From: Octopus sinensis
Lineage: Eukaryota
Assembly (NCBI RefSeq): GCF_006345805.1
Contig: NW_021829423.1
Location: 1 to 6,198 of the forward strand
Reading direction: 5' to 3'
DNA length: 6,198 nt
Positions 1-6,198 of this stretch are shown here, piece after piece (within the stretch, counting starts at the first letter, position 1; the number at the start of each line of letters is the position of its first letter). The notes under the pieces are model-generated. The model did no database searches. It worked only from the letters and a program-made list of their open reading frames with translations, and was not told the DNA's origin. The position numbers and the translations under genes were made by a program.

Positions 1-239
1 GTGCAATCAACAACATAGTAAAAAAATCTCTGCCATTAATTTGTGTGGGTGGGTAATATCAATAATTCAATCACAATCACACATATATTAAATTAAACTA
101 AAGAAAAGAATGAAATATTATCATCACTTACATGGAAAATTGAAATATTATCTTTCAGTATTTTTATAAGGTAAAATCTTAAATTATTATTGACACATTA
201 TTAATTATCTTATAACAAAAATGCCTGGAAAAATCATGG

Positions 240-716
240 ATTACATTGAAAAATGTGAGCACGAAAAGTAATATTCTTAAGATTATAAACCTGGAAAAGT
301 ACAGAACAAGGTATTACACCTGTAAAAGTATAGGACAAGCTATTACAAACTAGGACAAGTAAAGTAAAGAATAAGGAACTTTTTACTTAAAATATTGCAG
401 CAAAGAATGCCAGTTCTTCTAATTTATCACTCTTTACAGTTCTCATCTTTTAAATTTATTGTACAAAAATGTTCAGCTAATTAGTAAGTTTGTCTAATTA
501 GTCACTTTTTTCTGTATTTAAGGTAGTAAATTAGCCAAATTCTACTTAAATAAGTATAGTATTATTTGCAAACTATAATAAAATAAGTTTTAATATTCAA
601 ATTTTAATTTTAGTTGCAATATTTTAAGTAAAAAGTTTCTTAGCTTGTCCTGTACTTTTCCAGGTTTAGAATCTTAAGAATATGACTTTTCATGCTAAAA
701 AAATGTTCAATGTAAT
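240..716. repeat. Long imperfect inverted repeat (foldback/MITE-like): arms 240-399 and 615-716, 215-bp spacer
   Basis: By hand, 258-313 matches the reverse complement of 641-696 at 51/56. 372-399 matches the reverse complement of 615-642 at 27/28, and 240-250 matches that of 706-716 exactly. The left arm has about 58 extra bp (314-371). Confidence 0.9.
289..360 (+). repeat. 29-bp tandem repeat, two copies plus a partial copy, inside the left arm
   Basis: ACCTGGAAAAGTACAGAACAAGGTATTAC (289-317) vs ACCTGTAAAAGTATAGGACAAGCTATTAC (318-346), 25/29 identical. A partial copy, TAGGACAAG, lies at 351-359. Confidence 0.85.
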
Positions 717-922
717 ATAAGTAGAGAATAATGTAAAAAAAACATTAGGGAGGATATAGTATAAATAATTAAGATTATTTATGAATATATGAATGGCCAA
801 ACATGTTATCATATATATATATGCACCGTGTTTGTGTCTGCATGTATGTAGGTAGATGCGTGTGAGCCTATTAATGATGTTAATACTAAAATAACATTGG
901 AAATATATTATAAGTACAACAA

Positions 923-957
<35 letters not shown>

Positions 958-1002
958 TACTACTACTACTAGCACTACTACTTCTACTACTACTACTAAT
1001 AT

Positions 1003-1034
<32 letters not shown>

Positions 1035-1035
1035 G

Positions 1036-1067
<32 letters not shown>

Positions 1068-1157
1068 GCACTACTACTTCTACTACTACTACTACTAATA
1101 TCACTACTACTACTACTACTACTACTAGCACTACTACTACTACTACTACTACTACTA

Positions 1158-1209
<52 letters not shown>
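923..1209. repeat. (CTA)n/(TAG)n trinucleotide microsatellite with interruptions
   Basis: Directly visible. It accounts for the poly-T/L/Y ORF at 897-1334. Confidence 0.98.
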
Positions 1210-1211
<2 letters not shown>

Positions 1212-1315
1212 ATCGTCCTCATCACACCGTTCCCCACAAAATTAAAAAAGGCTGTAAGTTGTTTCTGGTACAAAAAAAAAAGAATCTATTGGACTTTGTT
1301 GTTGAGTGTTTTTAG

Positions 1316-1330
1316 TGAAAAAGGCCCGAG
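1316..1330 (+). other. Weak 15-nt microexon candidate
   Basis: gtttttAG|TGAAAAAGGCCCGAG|GTGAGC. The donor is near-consensus and the length is a multiple of 3, but the pyrimidine tract is short and interrupted by G. Confidence 0.15.
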
Positions 1331-1455
1331 GTGAGCAACTGGCCCGGCTGAAGAGGAAGGAGAAACGAAGCGCTAAGATAATTTCAAGGACCTTCAGAGG
1401 GTCGAGAGAGCCATTGGTTTGTACTCTACTAACGACGAGGTCTTATTAGCTACAT

Positions 1456-1565
1456 AACAACAACAGCAACAACAACAACAACAACAACAGCAGCTCAGTA
1501 GTAGTAGAAGCAGCAGCAGTAGTAGTAGAAGCAGCAGCAGCAGCAGTAGTAGAAGCAGCAGCAGC
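1456..1565. repeat. Compound microsatellite: (CAA/CAG)n, then three (AGT)2-3-AGA-(AGC)3-5 units
   Basis: CAA/CAG run at 1456-1493, with higher-order units at 1497-1517, 1518-1544 and 1545-1565. Confidence 0.95.
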
Positions 1566-2189
1566 TGAGATGAGATGACTTGGGAGGAGGAGGAGCTAAA
1601 CAACAGCAGTAATTGCGAGCCATCAAAGGGAGTTAAACCAGAGCATGGCAGCGCCACCTAACATGCTAGAAATAGCAACCAAGCAACCTCAGGCAAGCCT
1701 TGTACTGAGGTCAAGTCCCTCCCCTCAAAAGTGTTTACCTTGTACTGAAATTGTAACGCTTTTTATTTGTTTACTTATTGAATTGTTTTTATATTTATTT
1801 CATGAAAGGAAATGTAAAGTGGCTCGGTTAGAACCTCGGCCTGCCGCTCACATCATCAAGTAGGCAAACTGTCAAAGGTAAAAATGTTTTTAACCCCCCC
1901 CCCCCAAAAAAAAAAACAAAGAAAACATTAAGGGTACATTGAAAGTGAAACCCTGCGGGGCTCGAACTCAGAGCAACGTTGCATCAAAAGAAGATATCAT
2001 TAGATGTTGTAAAGGATGTAGTCCGGTGCATTACTCGACAAGCAACAGCGGCAGCGAAGTTACCGTGATTTTTAACCAAAAGTTTGTTCGTTGATTCGCG
2101 TGGCGTGGGTTTGGATGGGTGTTGGGGCGATGGTGGGGGCACCCTTACCAAAATATAACTATCTTCACTGTCTGAAATATATGTAGCAT

Positions 2190-2291
2190 GTATACACACA
2201 TGCGCAGACAGACAGACGGATAAACACACATACACACACGTTTATATGCAATATGTGTGTATACACGCACACGTATATGTATGTATGTATA
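2190..2291. repeat. Degenerate (CA)n/(GACA)n/(TATG)n simple repeat
   Basis: Directly visible low-complexity tract. Confidence 0.8.
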
Positions 2292-2719
2292 TCTCTTCTG
2301 CATTTAACCATTTAATTTCTTCCTCTGGGAAAGGAGTTGGTTTCTAACAAAGATACAAAGCTCCAATTCTGGAATGTAGATAGAAACAATGCCACATTTT
2401 AAACATTAGAAAAGTTTTGCAGAATTTTACTGTTCCTCTTACACATCGTATTTGTAATGTGCGAGTCAGTTGGTTGGTTTCTTTTTCTGAAAATCCAAGC
2501 TTATCCAGACTGACAATTAGGCATTTACTTACAAAACCAAGTGCTCCAAATATTTTTGGCATAAACGTAAATTTGTAATTCGAACATAGAAGCTGGAGGT
2601 TTCGAAACCATTCTCCATAGTAATCTTCTTTCTCTTTGATTTTCATAGAGATATTCACATCAGCAGGACGTTGTGACGGTACATACTTTTCCTTGTCTAT
2701 CCCAAACAATATTCGGCCA
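2292..2719 (-). mobile_element. 5'-truncated, decayed non-LTR retrotransposon 3' end: restriction-like endonuclease (PD-(D/E)xK) domain plus putative 3' UTR, probably R4/Dong clade
   Basis: The minus strand at 2719-2663 reads WPNIVWDRQGKVCTVTTSC. After a frameshift, 2667-2395 reads PADVNISMKIKEKEDYYGEWFRNLQLL...FTFMPKIFGALGFVSKCL...LDKLGF...LQIRCVRGTVKFCKTF. This fits the RLE pattern RPDxxxxD...(E/D)xxxP...EKxxxY...PxxxGALG...LQ...GT, with the catalytic PD mutated to PN. The 3' boundary is placed at the start of the simple repeat and is approximate. Confidence 0.8.
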
Positions 2720-2799
2720 ATGTATGTATGTATGTATGTATGTATGTACGTACTATGTACGTACGTATGTATGTATGTATGTATGTATGTATGTATTTA

Positions 2800-2830
<31 letters not shown>

Positions 2831-2875
2831 ATGTATGTATGTATGTATGTATGTATGTATGTATGTGTGTGCGTG
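2720..2875. repeat. (TATG)n tetranucleotide microsatellite with (TG)n inserts
   Basis: Directly visible. It accounts for the MYVC and HTYI ORFs. Confidence 0.98.
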
Positions 2876-2967
2876 CACGTTTTTATCTCTCTCTATATAT
2901 GTATACAGAAACCGTCCAATAATCCATAAATGAAAAATATGCACCCGTATATTTGTCAATAGAGTGG

Positions 2968-3125
2968 GTATATTAATCGAAGAGTACAGTCGCCATATTT
3001 CTCTGAAGAGCGCATGGTTACATAATCGAGCTGTTACTTAACACTCCGTTGAACCCCTAGGGCGAAACCGATTAGTAAGATCAGCCGTATTGGATATATG
3101 ATATCGTACACTGCGATTAATATGT
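2968..3125 (+). ncRNA. Type I hammerhead ribozyme motif (minimal stem III, Penelope/retrozyme-like)
   Basis: Core boxes CTGAAGA (3003-3009) and GAAA (3064-3067). Stem II is closed by G3010-C3063 and C3011-G3062. Stem III is A3067-T3076 and C3068-G3075, the cleavage triplet is GTA (3075-3077), and stem I is TCT 3000-3002/AGA 3078-3080. Stem I is extended by CATAT/ATATG, GTAC/GTAC and a perfect 10-bp ATATTAATCG/CGATTAATAT. Confidence 0.7.
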
Positions 3126-3222
3126 ATATGGAGGTATAACAAAGAAATGCTTGTTCTCAGATCGTTCAGCTTTCGGTTCTTATAAAGGAACACCAAGTTC
3201 AAACTCTTGTTCTTTTCTCTCA

Positions 3223-3645
3223 TGTGTGTGAGAGAGAGAGAGAATGTATGTGTGTGTTTGTGTGCGTGTGTGTATATGAGTGTGCGCGTGTGTGTGAGAG
3301 AGAGTATGTTTGTGTGAGTGTGTGTATGTGGTTGTGCATATGTGTGAGAGAGTATGTGTGTGTGAGTGTTTGTGTCTGTGTGTGTGAGTGTTTGTGTGTG
3401 AGTGTGTGAGTGTGTTTGTTAGTGTGTGTGTGTGAGTGTGTGTGTGTTAGAGTATGTGTGTGAGTGTGTATGTGTATGTGAGTGTGTGCGTCTGTGTGTG
3501 TCTGTGTGTGAGTGTATGCATTGTGAGTGTGCGTGTGTGAATGTGTGTTGTGAATGTGTGTGCTGTGAGTGTGTGCGTGTATGTGTGTGTATGTGTGTGA
3601 GTGTGTGAATGTGTATGTTGTGTGTGTGTGTGTGCGTGTGTGTGT
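3223..3645. repeat. Long degenerate (TG)n microsatellite with GA interruptions
   Basis: Directly visible, about 420 bp. It accounts for the CV- and HT-rich ORFs. Confidence 0.98.
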
Positions 3646-3986
3646 AGATGACGATGATTGCCGTCTCTTTGAGCTTCCTTATCGTCAATGGTGTGTCCCT
3701 GCATTTTACATCTGACCCTAACCCCTCAGCTCGCTGTTCCCGTCTCTTTGCCGATTCTTTTTCGGGATAACCTCTTCCCCCGTGAAAGTTTCAAGCGTTT
3801 TCGCCAGTTGAACCTTCTTCACTAATCGGATCCGCACACGTGGACACTCTTTCATCGCCTCGGGACTTTCAGTGGACGGAGTGACACATGAGGTTACCAC
3901 AAAGAGCAGCACATCTGTACGTCACTGGATTATAATGATGAACGCTTGCACAACACCAGGACCGTTGGCCGAGGCTTCATTGGCCT

Positions 3987-4433
3987 GGCTCCCTGTCGGT
4001 TACGATGACGAGGGTTCCCGTTGATTCGATCAACGGAGCAACCTGCACGTAAGATTAACGTGTAAGTGGCTGAGTACTCCACAGACACGCGTATCCTTAA
4101 TGCAGTTCTCAGGGAGATTCAGTGTGACACAGAATGTGACAAGGCCGACAACTTTGGATTACAGCTACATCTCATTTTTGCCAGCTGGAGCAACGTAACA
4201 GAAAGTGTCTTGCTCAAGGACACAACGCACGGCTGGGAATCGAACTCACGAATATCCACCGTGAACCGAATATCCAAACCTATTTTTTTATTACCCACAA
4301 GGGGCTAAACATAGAGGGGACAAACAAGGACAGACATAGGTATTAAGTCGATTACATCGACCCCAGTGCGTAACTGGCACTTAATTTATCGACCTCGAAA
4401 GGATGAAAGGCAAAGTAACTCCCTCGCGCCTTC
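3987..4433 (-). mobile_element. tRNA-derived CORE-type SINE (octopus-like), head interrupted by a nested insertion
   Basis: The minus strand has a Pol III B box, GAGTTCGATTCCC (4247-4235), followed by GTTGTGTCCTTGAGCAAGACACTT (4226-4203), which resembles the CORE/MIR motif TGTGACCTTGGGCAAGT. The body to about 3987 resembles an abundant octopus repeat as I recall it. A probable 5' start, GAAGGCGCGAGG, lies at 4433-4422. Ends are approximate. Confidence 0.7.
4279..4416 (-). mobile_element. 5'-truncated SINE (body and A-rich 3' end) nested in the CORE-SINE head
   Basis: The minus strand reads ACTTTGCCTTTCATCCTTTCGAGGTCGATAAATTAAGTGCCAGTTACGCACTGGGGTCGATGTAATCGACTT...CTTGTGGGTAATAAAAAAATAGG. I recall this as the 3' part of a very abundant octopus SINE. 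It ends in an AATAAA/A-rich tail. Confidence 0.7.
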
Positions 4434-4645
4434 TCTGAATCTTTTCAGTTAGTGCCTCGTGACAGACCGAAGTGACCAGTAGTCATACGAAACTTCGTGT
4501 TTTACACTAGTTTCACTTTCCTAGAAGAGAGAGAGAGAGATTTTCTTATTATCAATAACCATATCGTGTTTTAATTTACAATTAGTGATCCCTTAATTTT
4601 TTTAATTAGATATTACGCTTTTTCTTTTTTTCTTTTCATTTCCAG

Positions 4646-4657
4646 AGCCCCATGTCA
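4646..4657 (+). other. Candidate 12-nt microexon (AGCCCCATGTCA)
   Basis: A 26-nt, almost pure pyrimidine tract (4618-4643) ends in CAG (4643-4645). Branch-like CTTAAT and TTTAAT lie at 4592-4606, and donor GTAAGA at 4658-4663. The length is a multiple of 3 with no internal stop in any phase. Confidence 0.45.
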
Positions 4658-4865
4658 GTAAGAGTATTATTTTTTAAAAAAAATAAATGTTTTCCATGTC
4701 TAAAAGTTAAAATGCTTTTCCTTTGCCAAAAGTGGGATAGCTTTATTTCGTTACAGTAAAATGAACGTGCCTTTGGAGATTTCGTTATTTTAGTGCAAGC
4801 TATATCATAACGCTCATTAATACAAGGCCTCCATCGGTTGTGGAAGGGAGAGATTTACTTGAAAA

Positions 4866-5086
4866 TACGAGGGGGCGCTGAAAAGATCCTGGTTTTAAAG
4901 GTATCGCGAAAAGCTTGGCTAGGGGTCCTACTTTCCGAATTCTTTTACAGGGCTTAGAAAAACTGAAGCACCGCTGCAATAACTGCGTGAATCTGAGAGG
5001 AGAATATGTTGAATAAAATCATAATTAACTGATCCTCTTGTATTTTGTTTTACCCAAAGCCAGGAACTTGTCAACCCCCCCCCCTA
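4866..5086 (+). mobile_element. Non-autonomous mariner (Tc1/mariner) deletion derivative / MITE
   Basis: TA at 4866-4867 and 5085-5086, with 29-bp TIRs at 4868-4896 and 5056-5084 (22/29). Internal 4942-5016 encodes LLQGLEKLKHRCNNCVNLRGEYVE*, matching the mariner transposase C-terminus GIxKLxxRWxKCxxxxGxYxE*. Confidence 0.88.
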
Positions 5087-5165
5087 TATGCCCAGACCTG
5101 TGTAGACAACAACCATATTTCGCTCACGCTAATAAAGAATTTATTGAAATATTTAGCGGGTGTAA

Positions 5166-5257
5166 GGTGGCGAGCTGGCAGAATCGTTAGCATGCCGGGC
5201 GAAATGCTTAGCGGTATTTCGTCTGCTGTTACGTTCTGAGTTCAAATTCCGCCGAGG
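5166..5257 (+). mobile_element. SINE tRNA-related head only (3'-truncated)
   Basis: A-box-like TGGCAGAATCG (5176-5186) and B-box-like GAGTTCAAATTCC (5238-5250). I recall this as the 5' end of the same abundant octopus SINE as 4279-4416. Confidence 0.72.
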
Positions 5258-5397
5258 AAGTGAAATTACACCGAAACATTGTGTCTGATTGTCCGCTAAC
5301 GTCAGAGCTTGTCTCCATGTGTTTTTACACACAAAGTATATACAGAGAAACCCTAAACGAATATACACATATATACATAATACATACGAACGTACGT

Positions 5398-5443
5398 AGT
5401 GTGTGTGTGAGAGAGAGTGAGTGAGAGAGAGAGAAAGAGAGAG
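5398..5443. repeat. (GT)n-(GA)n compound microsatellite
   Basis: Directly visible. Confidence 0.9.
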
Positions 5444-5502
5444 ATCTGAATCGGCAGAAATTCTATTTATAGGCCAAGTTCGATATTCATCGCCACAGGG
5501 AA

Positions 5503-5645
5503 TAGGAGAGGAGTTATCGACGTTTCGGAAAAAAAAGAGATGTCTTGAAGAGGAAGAAAACGTACTTTTCTCTGCTCTATGTCCACGAGAACGCTTTGAT
5601 ATTAAATCAGAGAGTTTGGTCACTGAATACAAGTTCTCTTCCTCC
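5503..5645 (-). mobile_element. Possible highly decayed Penelope-like element 3' remnant
   Basis: The minus strand gives RRKR and, after a frameshift, ELVFSDQTL*FN, loosely like the PLE GIY-YIG C-terminal ExxxIxxLxTLxPxGLN. It is followed by CCGAAACGTCG (5529-5519), the half-hammerhead typical of PLE terminal repeats. The similarity is weak. Confidence 0.2.
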
Positions 5646-5724
5646 TGAACTAAACACAAAAACTGGAACTACATGAACTTTTCGATACATACAGTTTCTA
5701 AGCAGTTTTCTCTGTTGTCAACCA

Positions 5725-5851
5725 TTTTTACTTTCTTTCTGTTTTCCTTTCCGTGTTTCTTCCTTTGTTCTGTTTTCCTCCTTTCTCTCTTTCTTCTTTC
5801 CTCTCGCACTCTGTCTCTCCCTCCCTCCTTCTCTCTCTCTCCCTCCCTCCT

Positions 5852-5884
<33 letters not shown>
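5725..5884. repeat. Polypyrimidine (TC-rich) tract ending in (TA)n
   Basis: Directly visible. Confidence 0.9.
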
Positions 5885-5988
5885 GTTACTTTGGTCTATT
5901 TTACTGTCGTTGTTAGAACGTTCCCTCTACCCACCCAATATACCTTACCTACACCTCTTCCATTCCAACAAATACGATTTGTTGTTGC

Positions 5989-6029
<41 letters not shown>

Positions 6030-6142
6030 ATATCGTCGTCGTCGTCGCCATCATAATTATTTTCCTCATCACCACTATCATCATCGTCGTCATTGATAGC
6101 ATCATCTTCACACTCACACTGAATCGTCGTCATCATCATCAT
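5989..6142. repeat. (TCA)n/(TCG)n trinucleotide microsatellite, degenerate
   Basis: Directly visible. It accounts for the poly-S, poly-M and poly-D ORFs. Confidence 0.95.
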
Positions 6143-6198
6143 CCTCCTCTTCCCCTCCTCCTCCTCCTCTTCCCCTCCTCCTCCTCCTCTTCCCCTCC
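6143..6198. repeat. Pure pyrimidine (CCT)n-derived repeat with a 20-bp period, running off the window
   Basis: The unit CCTCCTCTTCCCCTCCTCCT repeats about 2.8 times. Confidence 0.9.

Noticed and set aside
289-360. 29-bp repeats as a CRISPR array
   Set aside because: The copies are head-to-tail without spacers, the context is eukaryotic, and there are no cas genes.
1348-1372. CTGAAGA...GAAAC hammerhead-like boxes
   Set aside because: The intervening GGAAGGA cannot form stem II, and no stem III, NUH triplet or stem I pairing follows.
897-1657. ORFs 897-1334 (poly-L/Y) and 1394-1657 (poly-L/C)
   Set aside because: Translations of trinucleotide microsatellites with no domain or gene context.
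1645-1757. Possible short decayed SINE fragments and a CCTTGTACTGA direct repeat (1698-1708, 1738-1748)
   Set aside because: Resemblance to recalled octopus repeats is too short and divergent to call without a search.
1955-1972. B-box-like GAGTTCGAGCCC on the minus strand
   Set aside because: Isolated, with no A box, cloverleaf or recognisable SINE body.
2344-2709. 121-aa minus ORF as a functional gene
   Set aside because: It has a non-ATG start and is a frameshifted, truncated retrotransposon endonuclease remnant.
2636-3704. MYVC-, HTYI-, CV- and HT-rich ORFs (metallothionein-like or His-rich appearance)
   Set aside because: Artefacts of (TATG)n and (TG)n repeats that are open in several frames on both strands.
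4066-4308. 80-aa ORF
   Set aside because: Lies antisense within SINE sequence, has a GTG start and no recognisable protein.
5271-5306. CGAAACATTGTGTC half-hammerhead and TCTGA/TCAGA hairpin
   Set aside because: No CTGANGA box in either type I or type III topology.
5153-6142. ORFs 5153-5659, 5421-5648, 5673-6056, 5896-6117 and 5945-6142
   Set aside because: They run through SINE and simple-repeat sequence, are low complexity and have no supportable product.

Overview
AT-rich, microsatellite-dense eukaryotic non-coding DNA. The interspersed repeats resemble, from my recollection and not from a search, those of octopus genomes. No intact protein-coding gene is supported, and most listed ORFs are translations of simple repeats. 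Recognisable content: an imperfect long inverted repeat with 29-bp subrepeats (240-716); the decayed 3' end of a restriction-like-endonuclease (R4/Dong-type) non-LTR retrotransposon between TATG tracts (2292-2719, -); a CORE-type tRNA SINE with a second SINE fragment nested in its head (3987-4433, -); a 221-bp mariner deletion derivative (4866-5086); and a SINE head (5166-5257). Two signals stand out. One is a type I hammerhead ribozyme motif with an intact catalytic core and an extended stem I (2968-3125, +). The other is a frame-preserving 12-nt microexon candidate with good splice signals (4646-4657, +), which would make the window intronic in a + strand gene.
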